64,000 nucleotides of DNA from a virus (taxonomy: Duplodnaviria; Heunggongvirae; Uroviricota; Caudoviricetes), in the IMG/VR virus record IMGVR_UViG_3300044693_000272; one strand, given 5' to 3'. Numbering within the stretch: position 1 is the stretch's first letter; each line of letters begins with the position of its first letter. A program made the position numbers and the translations under genes. Positions 27,701 to 36,634 of this stretch are shown piece by piece. The notes under the pieces are model-generated. The model saw nothing but the letters and a program-made list of their open reading frames with translations. It did not search any database and had not been told where the DNA came from.

Positions 27701-28035
27701 GCTGCTTGCCTCTTCTCGAATAGTTCAAGAGCCTTAACATCAAGCACGCAGAGATCGCCTTCTGGGAAATCCTGGTTCGCTCGGTTAAGCATCCTCGAGC
27801 AATCGTAGCAGTAATACGCATACGAACCACGGTTCCACCAAACTGCACCAGGTTCCTGGCAGGCGGTACGATTGCAACTTCCCGCCATCTTGCCCTTATC
27901 TGCCTTCAGCACGGGTTCTGTCTGACCACCGTATAGCGTTACCGCCACAGGCGAAGATTCGAAGGGATGGCCCATACGACGAGCACGTCGCTTCATCAAT
28001 ATTCGTTGTTCGATGCTCCCCGGGCGGGCCATCAC
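27697..28035 (-). CDS. Cys-rich zinc-finger protein (112 aa)
   Basis: ACAGGAGAA SD; CNRTAC ... CYDC. Confidence 0.5.
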   Translation of the reverse strand: MMARPGSIEQRILMKRRARRMGHPFESSPVAVTLYGGQTEPVLKADKGKMAGSCNRTACQEPGAVWWNRGSYAYYCYDCSRMLNRANQDFPEGDLCVLDVKALELFEKRQAA

Positions 28036-28103
28036 CTGATTCTCCTGTTCGTTTACCTATCGCAGATAGTATGTTCGCATGAATTTGATGTAAAGCGATG
28101 TTT

Positions 28104-28478
28104 TCACGCGCTTTGTGCCAAGATGATCGCGTACAATTTTGGGCTCACCATACGAAGCTGGTCAGCATCAACCTTCAAGCGGGCAAGAGCACTGACAATA
28201 TTGTTACTCTCCATATCACGAGCCGCCATCACCACAACCGTGTAGTCTTGTAGATCTTCACGATCAAGTTCATCAAGCAAATCGTAATATTGCGTTGACG
28301 TTAGCTTGTAACCTTGCTTCTGAATACGATACAGACACCAGAAATGGTGTCTGTTGATGTCACCGTTGATCTGTGGATCCGAAAGTTTACAAGACGAGCA
28401 GCAATAATAAGGATTATCACCTCCGATCGGTTCATTCGGATAATCGCTATCGTAAACCATATTTCCTCCACTGTTCAT
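28104..28478 (-). CDS. hypothetical protein with CCSSC motif (124 aa)
   Basis: GTGGAGGAAAT SD. Confidence 0.5.
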   Translation of the reverse strand: MNSGGNMVYDSDYPNEPIGGDNPYYCCSSCKLSDPQINGDINRHHFWCLYRIQKQGYKLTSTQYYDLLDELDREDLQDYTVVVMAARDMESNNIVSALARLKVDADQLRMVSPKLYAIILAQSA

Positions 28479-28599
28479 TTAATGCTGGCCCCCAACCAAT
28501 GCCTCTACATGGGATGATACTCAAATGCCCAAACGCACTTCTTACATGGATTCGCCAGTACTAACTGAACTGTTTGAGGGGCTGTCGCCCCTCACCCGC

Positions 28600-28971
28600 T
28601 TACTTCTTCGTCTTGTAGGTCTTGACTTTCTTGCGGCGCGCCGCGATACGAGGACGCTTGACCTTCACGTCGCGAACATCGAACGACAACTTGATCTTCG
28701 CAGCGTCTTCTTCGCTCGACAAGTACACTTTGTCGACGTAGATGATCTGGTTTTCGAATTCCTTCGGCCGACCCTTGACGCGCGTGGAATCCTTGTGCGT
28801 GTAGCACACCACCTTGTAGTAGCCCTTTGCATTTTCACGCAGCCACGTCAACACATCTTCCGGTGTGAGCTGGCTGTTGCCAAACCAGAAACGCACAGGA
28901 AATGCGTAGTAGTGGCTGATGTCACCGAAACGTTCGCTGTGGCGACCGAAATCTTTGATCGTTGTGGACAT
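28600..28971 (-). CDS. hypothetical protein with basic C-terminal tail (123 aa)
   Basis: GAGGAGGGAAAC SD; promoter motif 28993-29040. Confidence 0.5.
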   Translation of the reverse strand: MSTTIKDFGRHSERFGDISHYYAFPVRFWFGNSQLTPEDVLTWLRENAKGYYKVVCYTHKDSTRVKGRPKEFENQIIYVDKVYLSSEEDAAKIKLSFDVRDVKVKRPRIAARRKKVKTYKTKK

Positions 28972-28992
28972 CTCGTTTCCCTCCTCACGTTG

Positions 28993-29040
28993 TTTACCGT
29001 ACGTCAGATGATAAGTTCACCTGAATGTGGCGTCAATTGA
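28993..29040 (-). promoter_or_regulatory. conserved promoter/operator element: -35 TTGACG (29031-29036), -10 TATCAT (29008-29013)
   Basis: Consensus copy. Confidence 0.5.
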
Positions 29041-29043
29041 ATT

Positions 29044-29592
29044 TCATTCCACAAGCTTCAGATACTTTGCATCTACGGCATCAACCAGCCACACATCATT
29101 TGCTGACTTGTAGAAATCAACTTTATCAGCCAGCATAGCTTTAGAGTCAACTTCAATTACTACAGTTTTTCGAAACCGTTTCCGAGCCAGTTCAATGTCA
29201 GCAGTGAGATGAACGTGAGTACGTGTCATCTTATTGAGACCTTTCTTCTTGATGATCTCCCAAGCTTCGCTTGAAGTGCCGTGATACAAGATCACTGGCG
29301 GCACTGCTTTTTGCAACCCAGGATCAACATTAATGGAATGTCCTTGGTTTGCCCGAATTTTGGTGAAGTCTTCATTGAATGAATAACGGCCCTTCTGATC
29401 GTTAGCAACAATTCCTTTCAGGATTTCAAGATCAAATTCATAACCTGCTTTCTTGCCCGCCGCTATCACATCGTCTACTAGGATGAATGCTTGTTTGTCA
29501 ATTTTGACTTTTTGTTCTTTCGCACCATGTCGCAGCAAGTACGACAACCAAATACTATGCTTTTTGTACTTTTTATTGAAGTCTTCATTCAT
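29044..29592 (-). CDS. kptA: RNA 2'-phosphotransferase Tpt1/KptA
   Basis: Start at internal ATG (MNEDF), TAATG-coupled; motifs LSYLLRH, IRANQGHS, LYHGTSS, THVHL match the Tpt1 Arg-His-Arg-Arg and HGT signatures. Confidence 0.8.
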   Translation of the reverse strand: MNEDFNKKYKKHSIWLSYLLRHGAKEQKVKIDKQAFILVDDVIAAGKKAGYEFDLEILKGIVANDQKGRYSFNEDFTKIRANQGHSINVDPGLQKAVPPVILYHGTSSEAWEIIKKKGLNKMTRTHVHLTADIELARKRFRKTVVIEVDSKAMLADKVDFYKSANDVWLVDAVDAKYLKLVE

Positions 29593-29825
29593 TATTTTGG
29601 TATCCCATCTGTATATCCGAACACACCATAGCCACGCACACTCACCAAGTAAGTATCCCAACCAATGCGTTCATCTTTTCCTTGATGAAGGAATGCAATG
29701 TCGTCATGGCAAAAATGTGTCCCCATGCGTTCGTTAATTTCCGTCAACAAGTCTTCCTTCGTTTCGAAATTGAAGACCGTAGCCAGTGATTCGGCCAATC
29801 CACCACGATGTTCACGTGCTCGCAT
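29592..29825 (-). CDS. hypothetical protein (77 aa)
   Basis: GAGGGATATC SD; stop overlaps the Tpt1 start. Confidence 0.45.
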   Translation of the reverse strand: MRAREHRGGLAESLATVFNFETKEDLLTEINERMGTHFCHDDIAFLHQGKDERIGWDTYLVSVRGYGVFGYTDGIPK

Positions 29826-29829
29826 ATTC

Positions 29830-30990
29830 AGATATCCCTCTTGTTCGTTTTCATTGCGCGCTCAACTTCACGCTTGCCCTCACGTTCTTTTTCCGCTGTT
29901 CGCTTGTCATGTTGTTTCTTTCCCTTCGCCTCGCTGGAGCGTTATGCGCTCGTCGTCTTCGTTTCGCCGAACGCGATCGAACGTGCGCTCGGCGCAGTCC
30001 CCGGTTTCGCTTGGCCAGACTCCGTGCCGATCGGCGTGGTCGGGCCGGGCAGCGTGGCCGAACTGGCGCGGCAATGCCGTGCCGCGCCGAGGCATCAGGT
30101 CATCGCGCCCGCGGGGGCCGACGTGGGGAATGCGGCGCATCCTTTGCCGTTGCGTCGACTGGCTGCGCTTCATGAGCGGGCTTCAACGCGGGCTGATGGA
30201 CTGGCATCTCGCTCGCTTCTGGCAAAGCGATTTCGTCATCGACCCGGTGCCGGGAAACCGGAGTAGCCGTCCAGCGAGCAAGCCGATCAGGAAGTATTCC
30301 GCCGCGCGGCGCCGAGAGCGCCAGCGGATCGTATTGCTCCGTCCACCACAGGCCATCGATGTCGGGACAATGACGCTCGACGAAAATCATCAGGGCCATA
30401 TCCGTGCTCTCGGTCTGATTCAAACCGACTCGACCGACGGCCGATTCGAGGGCGGGCGTGCCAACCCATTGGCAGATCGGTTCGATGTACGGTTTCCCGT
30501 CGGGCCCAGGCGCATCGTCGGGCGAATCGAATTCGCCGGTATCGATCTCGCTCCATGCGGCTTCGCGCGAGTCGGCGACGAAGTAGTGCCATTCATCGCT
30601 ATCGGTGTCGAGATACCAGGCGCGGTATTGTTGCTCCGGTCGGAGCAGACCTTCGGACTGCGCCCACGAGCGTAATGCGGCTGTCCGGGTTTCGTCGGCC
30701 AGCAGTGCCAGGACGTCGACGAAGTTCGCATCGTGGTTCGTCAGCTCAAACCACGGCCGACCGCCGATGGTGGCGATCTCCTCCCATGCGTGGGGTGTCG
30801 TGGAGACCGACAGCGCATGTCCTTCGAGGCTTTGCCCGGTACTGTCGCGCGCGGCGGGGTTCATCTCGCCGATGTGAGTGACGCGTTCAATCGCGACGAC
30901 GGGGAGGTATGTAGGGCCGTGAGGCGCGATCGCCGGGCCGTCATCGCGCAGCGCGGGAGGACGCTGCTCAACAAAATGGAATTGTGCGTC
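29830..30990. other. compositional island at about 65% GC, against roughly 45% for the rest of the window
   Basis: By eye the segment is dominated by GC-rich runs (gcgcgccgaggcatcaggtcatcgcgcccgcgggggccgacgtgggg) and produces long open frames on both strands, which is typical of high-GC DNA. Confidence 0.6.
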
Positions 30991-31197
30991 GAGCTCCAGA
31001 AGGCGTGCCGCATAAGCACGACCACGATTGTTGACGACAGGCTCAAGCTTGCCAGTGATTTCGTTAATGTTGGCAACAGGAACATCGCCAAAAGTCTTGA
31101 TAAACGAGAAACGACGGCGAGACTTGGCGCCAGTAAGCGCACGAATGTGAACCTGTTTTTCGATGATGGGAACAGCAATATCCTTCCAAATAACCAT
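30100..31197 (-). CDS. chimeric hypothetical protein: phage-like N-terminus fused to a GC-rich (about 65% GC) body
   Basis: Start trimmed to MVIWKD (AGGAGATAAAAATG) after promoter motif 31214-31262; from about codon 70 the composition switches to high GC. Confidence 0.4.
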   Translation of the reverse strand: MVIWKDIAVPIIEKQVHIRALTGAKSRRRFSFIKTFGDVPVANINEITGKLEPVVNNRGRAYAARLLELDAQFHFVEQRPPALRDDGPAIAPHGPTYLPVVAIERVTHIGEMNPAARDSTGQSLEGHALSVSTTPHAWEEIATIGGRPWFELTNHDANFVDVLALLADETRTAALRSWAQSEGLLRPEQQYRAWYLDTDSDEWHYFVADSREAAWSEIDTGEFDSPDDAPGPDGKPYIEPICQWVGTPALESAVGRVGLNQTESTDMALMIFVERHCPDIDGLWWTEQYDPLALSAPRGGILPDRLARWTATPVSRHRVDDEIALPEASEMPVHQPALKPAHEAQPVDATAKDAPHSPRRPPRAR

Positions 31198-31213
31198 TTT
31201 TATCTCCTGTTCT

Positions 31214-31262
31214 TTACCATGTTCAAATGATACATTCACCTGAACATGGTGTCAACTGTTTT
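31214..31262 (-). promoter_or_regulatory. conserved promoter/operator element: -35 TTGACA (31250-31255), -10 TATCAT (31227-31232)
   Basis: Consensus copy preceding the chimeric GC-rich gene. Confidence 0.55.
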
Positions 31263-31464
31263 ATGGTGTTGCCGGATCCAAGTCACATGCTGCAACTTCG
31301 ATCACATCGATAAAAGGCACTCTACCAATGCGAACTTGGTAATAATCAACACCGTTCTTACGCATGCATTTCATCTTGATAGTACCCGTCCGACCAAGCA
31401 TCAAACCATAGTCTTTCTTCGTGTCTCGAGCAATTTTTACAACAGCATTGTCTGTGAATTGCAT
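31261..31464 (-). CDS. hypothetical protein (67 aa)
   Basis: ACAGGAGAATAG SD. Confidence 0.5.
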   Translation of the reverse strand: MQFTDNAVVKIARDTKKDYGLMLGRTGTIKMKCMRKNGVDYYQVRIGRVPFIDVIEVAACDLDPATP

Positions 31465-31583
31465 GAACTATTCTCCTGTTGTGTCTACCATGTATCGTAT
31501 TCTGCATTCATATGAATGAATTGTCAACGACCAAATGAATGGTTGGGCCTAGGAATCCTAGGCCCAACCACAGGAGAGCAGCG

Positions 31584-32414
31584 TTATTGCTTGGTGCTCA
31601 CATCGACTACTTTTGTGACACCACCAATATTTTCAGCTTGTGTTTGAGCTGCGTTGGCATTGCGCCAAGCGATCACTTCTTCAGGTGTAAGGTGAGCAGC
31701 ATCAGCTGCTGCTCTCAGAGCCTCTGCATCGATCGTAGCTTTCTTGCTTGCAAGTTCTTTGCGTTGCGCAATCAGCGCCAGCTCGGCCTTGTTGCGTTCT
31801 GCCTCGGCATTAAATGCCGCAACTGCGTTCACTTGTTGTTGAATCGAATCGGGCAACTTGAAATGCAACGTGAGGACCGATACCGACTCGAACGCGTTCG
31901 GGTATCGCGCATCAAGCACACGTTTGAATTCAGCGGAAGCTTTTTCGTCATACGCTTTCGTATTCTTCGCAATGGCTACCGGATCATCAGTTTCTGTTGC
32001 GGTTTGCATCACACCAGGGGCCAATTGCTTGATTGCTTCGAGCCCGATCGTGGTGTATTCACGCCCACTGCCGTCTTTGTATGTATCAAGTTCATGCGTG
32101 CTGGTGTAGAACTGTGCCACATACGTGGCGTTGAGCTTGTATGTGACAACGATATCCAAGTCATTTACAGGAACACCGTTGGCATCTTTGGGCGTGAGGT
32201 TGTTCACGGCCACTCTCGTCGGTGTCGTATCCACCTCTGCGAGCAGAGAATCAAAGACCATAGGGTGAAAGCCAGGATCTGCAACTTCAGGGTCAACTTT
32301 GCCGCCCCAGTGCTTGACAATGCCGACATTGCCAGATTCAATGCGCGTGCATCCGCTCATCGTCATCATTGCACCGATAGCCAATGCAACAATAAAGCCA
32401 ATCGTACGTTTCAT
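31584..32414 (-). CDS. SPFH/band-7 domain lipoprotein
   Basis: Signal peptide with lipobox (MMTMSGC); IESGNVGIVKHWGGKV...PGFH matches the SPFH N-terminal core; ACGGAGGGT SD. Confidence 0.6.
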   Translation of the reverse strand: MKRTIGFIVALAIGAMMTMSGCTRIESGNVGIVKHWGGKVDPEVADPGFHPMVFDSLLAEVDTTPTRVAVNNLTPKDANGVPVNDLDIVVTYKLNATYVAQFYTSTHELDTYKDGSGREYTTIGLEAIKQLAPGVMQTATETDDPVAIAKNTKAYDEKASAEFKRVLDARYPNAFESVSVLTLHFKLPDSIQQQVNAVAAFNAEAERNKAELALIAQRKELASKKATIDAEALRAAADAAHLTPEEVIAWRNANAAQTQAENIGGVTKVVDVSTKQ

Positions 32415-32454
32415 TTACCCTCCGTAGGTTGTTTGGTGCGCCAATTATACTATG

Positions 32455-32487
32455 GCAAAAAGAAAGCGGGAGTAAATTCTCCCGCTT
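32455..32487 (-). terminator. rho-independent terminator
   Basis: aagcgggag-aattta-ctcccgctt then TTCTTTTTGCC on the minus strand. Confidence 0.55.
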
Positions 32488-32503
32488 CGTAGCCAGATAT
32501 TAC

Positions 32504-33151
32504 TTACCAGCCAAAGCGATCACGCAGTTCCTTCTTGCGAGCTCGCGTTTCAGCACGCTTTGCACCAACATCCGCAGCTTCGGCCTTGTGCGCGTTGTAG
32601 CAAGCATCCAGCGACACATCGAACGCGTTCTTTTGCTTCAGCTTGACGGTAACGTCAGGATGCTTGTAGTTTGCCCATCCCATGCGAGAACCAACGCGCG
32701 TATACGAGGTTTCGACGTTAAAGCCCTTCAAGCGACCCTTAGCGAAATCGATCTCGCATACTTTAAAGTCGTAGTTTTTATTGGGGGTAGTGATCGTAAC
32801 AATATCACCAGGTTGGATGTTTTGCGTGATAATCACGTCCTTGTATGCAGCATAGTCACGCTCGTTTAGATCGCGTTGCTTGTCGGCGGCTTTTTTCGTC
32901 GTTTCTGCTGTGGCCTTTTTTGCAACGCTGGCATACGTCGCAAGTCGATTGCAAGCGCCATCCAGGTAATCACGGAACTTCCAGTGCCACGTTTTGCCAG
33001 TTGCGACGGATTCGAAGTGGAACGTGGTGTTTGCGCTGCGAGGAGCACGTTCAATGTTGATGATACGTGAACGACCAAATTTCTTTGCTTGACTAGCATC
33101 TTTAAGATCGATTTCCGCACCAACGACGAACAGTTCTACATTCTTCGACAT
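32504..33151 (-). CDS. hypothetical protein (about 215 aa; start MSKNVELF)
   Basis: ACAGGAGAGCAACAAATG; promoter motif upstream; terminator 32455-32487 downstream. Confidence 0.5.
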   Translation of the reverse strand: MSKNVELFVVGAEIDLKDASQAKKFGRSRIINIERAPRSANTTFHFESVATGKTWHWKFRDYLDGACNRLATYASVAKKATAETTKKAADKQRDLNERDYAAYKDVIITQNIQPGDIVTITTPNKNYDFKVCEIDFAKGRLKGFNVETSYTRVGSRMGWANYKHPDVTVKLKQKNAFDVSLDACYNAHKAEAADVGAKRAETRARKKELRDRFGW

Positions 33152-33225
33152 TTGTTGCTCTCCTGTGTTGTCTACCATATTCCTATTCTGCATTCATTTG
33201 GTTAGGAACGCAAGCGCTAAATGAA

Positions 33226-33411
33226 CTAACGCTTCAAAACCAGGTCCTGTCGCTCTGCTATATCGTTACGCCAACCACCACGATCAAGTTCGTGGCCATT
33301 AGCATCGAGAAGAACCCAGTCACCCTCTTCCGGTTTGCGCTCCAGAATGTAGCCATCAGCGGATTCATAACGTTCGTCACGCTTGACTACTTCCATTACC
33401 TTCTTGTTCAT
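33226..33411 (-). CDS. hypothetical protein (about 61 aa)
   Basis: Trimmed motif artefact; ACAGGAGACAGC SD. Confidence 0.45.
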   Translation of the reverse strand: MNKKVMEVVKRDERYESADGYILERKPEEGDWVLLDANGHELDRGGWRNDIAERQDLVLKR

Positions 33412-33528
33412 TGCTGTCTCCTGTTTGTCCACCACGTTCTTATAATAAGTTCATTTGAAAATAATATCAAGCGTTAAATGAACGAAGACCTCACAATTGT
33501 GAGGTCTTCAGTTTACTGCTTTTGTCGC

Positions 33529-33927
33529 TTATTTCAGCAGATCAGCAAGATCGTCGAAATAGTTCGCTACTTCTTGGAATCCAGAGCTATGGCCGTAATC
33601 CCAAGCAAGTTGAAATGCGCGTTCTGCTTTGGGGTGGCCTGTCACTCCATGCTGATCGAACAGATCACGCTTGAATTCAGCTTCGAGCGCAAAACGTGCT
33701 TCATGGTATTTGCGCATTTCAGTATGGTGCGCGTTTTTATCGATGTCTTCTTCGATAGTGTAACCCTTGGTTTGGTAATCGCGCATGTCTTCGTCACTGA
33801 TTTGACTGCGTAGAACACCATTCACGATCGTTTTGCCTTTGCTGTATACAAAGACTTTCTTGAAGTCATTCCGCGCTGGATACGGAACCGAAACAGTCTT
33901 GTAGTAATCGAATGCTTTGAGACCCAT
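33529..33927 (-). CDS. hypothetical protein (132 aa)
   Basis: ACGGAGAG SD. Confidence 0.5.
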   Translation of the reverse strand: MGLKAFDYYKTVSVPYPARNDFKKVFVYSKGKTIVNGVLRSQISDEDMRDYQTKGYTIEEDIDKNAHHTEMRKYHEARFALEAEFKRDLFDQHGVTGHPKAERAFQLAWDYGHSSGFQEVANYFDDLADLLK

Positions 33928-33995
33928 TTAAACTCTCCGTGTGTTTGCTTACCATGCTCAGATGGTAAGTTCACTTGGTAGATGAGTCAACACTT

Positions 33996-34304
33996 TTACA
34001 TGTGATCAAGACGTTCATCTCGTGTTTGGTATTTGTTTGCTTCAGGGTTCCAGCTTGCACCAAGAGCAGTAGCCATCACCCAGCCAAACAGTGTTCGATC
34101 ATCAGTGATCATTTCGATGTCACGTGAAAAACCAAGCACATTGAATGCTGCTTGAATAGCCTCCTGGCATTCAGGCAGAGGAAGTTGATTTAATTCATTT
34201 GCAAACCTTTTGTTGAATTTACCAGATGTTTTGGCATTGTAGTAAAGCACCAATACCTTCTCATGAGGTGCCCACTTCTGTTCTTGAATGTCGCTCATAT
34301 TCAA
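33996..34304 (-). CDS. hypothetical protein (102 aa)
   Basis: GAGGATTGAAT SD. Confidence 0.5.
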   Translation of the reverse strand: MNMSDIQEQKWAPHEKVLVLYYNAKTSGKFNKRFANELNQLPLPECQEAIQAAFNVLGFSRDIEMITDDRTLFGWVMATALGASWNPEANKYQTRDERLDHM

Positions 34305-34537
34305 TCCTCAATAGGAAAATCACGTTGATCTTTGAATTCCGTAGCTGACCAAAACTTTGCGGAACTACCACCGTTGGCATCTCGCTTGCGTTTGTTGATC
34401 AGTTTGCTTGGACGGTTTCGAATAGTCTGAGGATGCGTTACCTTACCAACCCATTCGGTAGGAATCTCAACCAGCTTCCCGCGACGTTTGCGATAAAACT
34501 TACCGTAAATTTCAATCCGTTTGCTCATTATTCTCAC
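34301..34537 (-). CDS. small basic protein (78 aa)
   Basis: ORF track; ATGA-coupled. Confidence 0.45.
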   Translation of the reverse strand: MRIMSKRIEIYGKFYRKRRGKLVEIPTEWVGKVTHPQTIRNRPSKLINKRKRDANGGSSAKFWSATEFKDQRDFPIED

Positions 34538-34964
34538 TCAGTTTTTCTACTAGTTTTTGTTCTTCTAGACCTTTTCTCCAATTACATGGACCACAGCTAG
34601 TTACTGCATTCTCCAAGTCATTTGGAGCCCCACCAAGAGCACGGGCTAGAACATGATCATGCGTGAATAGAACCTCTTCGCCATCAGGACCAATACCCCA
34701 TAGGTTGATATGGTAGGGTCGGCCTTTTTCTTCATCTGCAAGACTGCGCTCAACTGCAAAATATTGGGCTGGCAATTTGCAATACTCACAGATTGTACCT
34801 TTGTTTGCGAAACAACGTAGACGCAAACTAGAAAGCTTGACCATTACACCGCCTAGTTCGACACGCGAATTAGAACGAACTCCTTCCTGCTCTTTAATAG
34901 CAAGAATCACCAAATCAATCGGAAGAGTCGTCAATCGAGCATACTTAGGTGATTTAAAGTTCAT
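34512..34964 (-). CDS. HNH endonuclease
   Basis: FTHDHVLARALGG ... N ... CGPCNWRKG, the His-Asn-His with CxxC zinc knuckle. Confidence 0.6.
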   Translation of the reverse strand: MNFKSPKYARLTTLPIDLVILAIKEQEGVRSNSRVELGGVMVKLSSLRLRCFANKGTICEYCKLPAQYFAVERSLADEEKGRPYHINLWGIGPDGEEVLFTHDHVLARALGGAPNDLENAVTSCGPCNWRKGLEEQKLVEKLSENNEQTD

Positions 34965-35019
34965 TGTCTTCTTATTTCGTTTATAGAAAATGCTATGATG
35001 CGCTCATTTGAATTCACAG

Positions 35020-35292
35020 TCAACTGCTGACTATGTCGGTGAATGTTAGCCTAAACTGCATTGCTACAACATCATCTTTGAAGTGAACGGTTGATGCCAA
35101 CCACACATATTCATCGCTGGTGGCATTGTTCAGCAACCAATCTGTAGCTTCAGCTATGAGCTGCTTTTGCTCAGTTGTATTGCGCATGAGTTTGAACTTG
35201 AACGGAAACAATCGTTTGAGCATCACTTCACTACTATCGGTTGATTTCCTGTCCAACGATTGCAGTAATTCAACCCATTCAATGGCATTCAT
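35020..35292 (-). CDS. C-terminal FKLTWG-motif family member (90 aa)
   Basis: Ends VVAMQFRLTFTDIVSS. Confidence 0.45.
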   Translation of the reverse strand: MNAIEWVELLQSLDRKSTDSSEVMLKRLFPFKFKLMRNTTEQKQLIAEATDWLLNNATSDEYVWLASTVHFKDDVVAMQFRLTFTDIVSS

Positions 35293-35567
35293 CAGTGTTC
35301 ATATCCATACGTTAGTTTGAACTGCAATGCTTCCATCTCATTTTCGAAAAAGTAATACAAACCCGGTGGCACTGGCTGTTCTTCCCACGTATAGGGAGAA
35401 TCTACATTTTCATCCAACCAAGTATATCGCTCGAATACTTCACCAGCCGTTTTGGGCGGACGGCACTGTACTACGAAGTTGATGGGCCATTTGAAATCTT
35501 TAAAATGAAAATGCCAGACCATCCGATCAACATCCGACATTTCAGCAAGCCATGTACTGTATTTCAT
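35292..35567 (-). CDS. C-terminal FKLTWG-motif family member (91 aa)
   Basis: Ends EMEALQFKLTYGYEH. Confidence 0.5.
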   Translation of the reverse strand: MKYSTWLAEMSDVDRMVWHFHFKDFKWPINFVVQCRPPKTAGEVFERYTWLDENVDSPYTWEEQPVPPGLYYFFENEMEALQFKLTYGYEH

Positions 35568-35884
35568 TATTCAACACCGTACATGAGCTTGAACATTGCT
35601 GCATCACCAAGGTCCTCGAAACACCAGATTGCATTTATGCCAGGTGCTGAAGTGACAATAGCACCAAACTGCCCGCTAGTATTATTATCAAGCCATTCAT
35701 CCAAGTCTTTTGTTTTGTAGCCTTTCGAGCGGAAGTTGTCTCGATGAATGTTGGTAAGCACCACGTAGCCATCAGGAACAAACTCGAGATCGTCAACGCC
35801 TCGAATGATTCCTGGCCAAAAGGCGTTCGGGATTTTCGCGTTTTCGAGCACTGCTTCAAGCTTTTGCACTTGACTACGCTTCAT
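35567..35884 (-). CDS. C-terminal FKLTWG-motif family member (105 aa)
   Basis: Ends GDAAMFKLMYGVE. Confidence 0.5.
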   Translation of the reverse strand: MKRSQVQKLEAVLENAKIPNAFWPGIIRGVDDLEFVPDGYVVLTNIHRDNFRSKGYKTKDLDEWLDNNTSGQFGAIVTSAPGINAIWCFEDLGDAAMFKLMYGVE

Positions 35885-35940
35885 GTTAATCTCCTGCTAT
35901 CATCTATCTAACCAAATGATAGCTTCATATGAAGGCAAAA

Positions 35941-36282
35941 TCAAGCACACCAGGTGAGTCTGAAGCCAATAGCGTCGGTTTCTCGTTCAAATCCCCAAAG
36001 GCGACACTTTAAACCGAATAGGATATCAGGATTTGCCACTTCAACGATAGCACCGTAATCATCGGACCAGCGAACGATATCGTGTTTCGAAAAATAGCGT
36101 AAGCCATTTGCCTGGTCAGTTTTCAATTCGTCTGTCATCCGATCATACGCTTCATAGCTTTGAATAACAAAATATTCAACATTTGGTCCCTCAAATGAGT
36201 GAGCAGTTGAATGCTCAACTCTAGTTTTAGTTTCATTGATCGCCCGATCAATTGCCATTTTCATCAATTCATCATATTTCAT
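35941..36282 (-). CDS. C-terminal FKLTWG-motif family member (113 aa)
   Basis: Ends TDAIGFRLTWCA. Confidence 0.5.
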   Translation of the reverse strand: MKYDELMKMAIDRAINETKTRVEHSTAHSFEGPNVEYFVIQSYEAYDRMTDELKTDQANGLRYFSKHDIVRWSDDYGAIVEVANPDILFGLKCRLWGFERETDAIGFRLTWCA

Positions 36283-36283
36283 A

Positions 36284-36634
36284 TCAGCACCAAGTTAGTT
36301 TGAATAAAACAGCATCATGTTCATTCTGGAAACACAGCAACCTTGAAATACCAGAGCCAATCCGTTCTGTTGCTTGCTCGATTCTTAATACTGAAAACCG
36401 ACCACTCATGTTTTGATGAAGCCAATTCATAATTGAGCCATCGAATTTTTTACGTTCAGACATGATTTTTTCAAGATGTTTGAAATTAAAAATAAAAAAT
36501 GCTGTTGGATTATAATCAAACATATTCACTTTTGTTTCAAACAACTTGATAATATGGTCTCGATCGGCTTCTTTCTTTTGGACATCATCCCTAGCATTAT
36601 AATGCTCACTAATAACGTCGTGAAGTGTTTTCAT
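36284..36634 (-). CDS. C-terminal FKLTWG-motif family member (116 aa)
   Basis: Ends HDAVLFKLTWC. Confidence 0.5.
   Translation of the reverse strand: MKTLHDVISEHYNARDDVQKKEADRDHIIKLFETKVNMFDYNPTAFFIFNFKHLEKIMSERKKFDGSIMNWLHQNMSGRFSVLRIEQATERIGSGISRLLCFQNEHDAVLFKLTWC

Noticed and set aside
29698-30675. 325-aa plus-strand ORF in the GC-rich island, and other GC-island ORFs (29786-30175, 29808-30266, 30555-30881, 30733-31230)
   Set aside because: High-GC DNA yields long spurious open frames. Only the minus-strand frame is served by the conserved promoter and RBS. Strand of the foreign segment remains uncertain.
29830-30990. GC island as an IS element or transposon
   Set aside because: No transposase motif, no terminal inverted repeats and no target-site duplication are recognisable at the boundaries.
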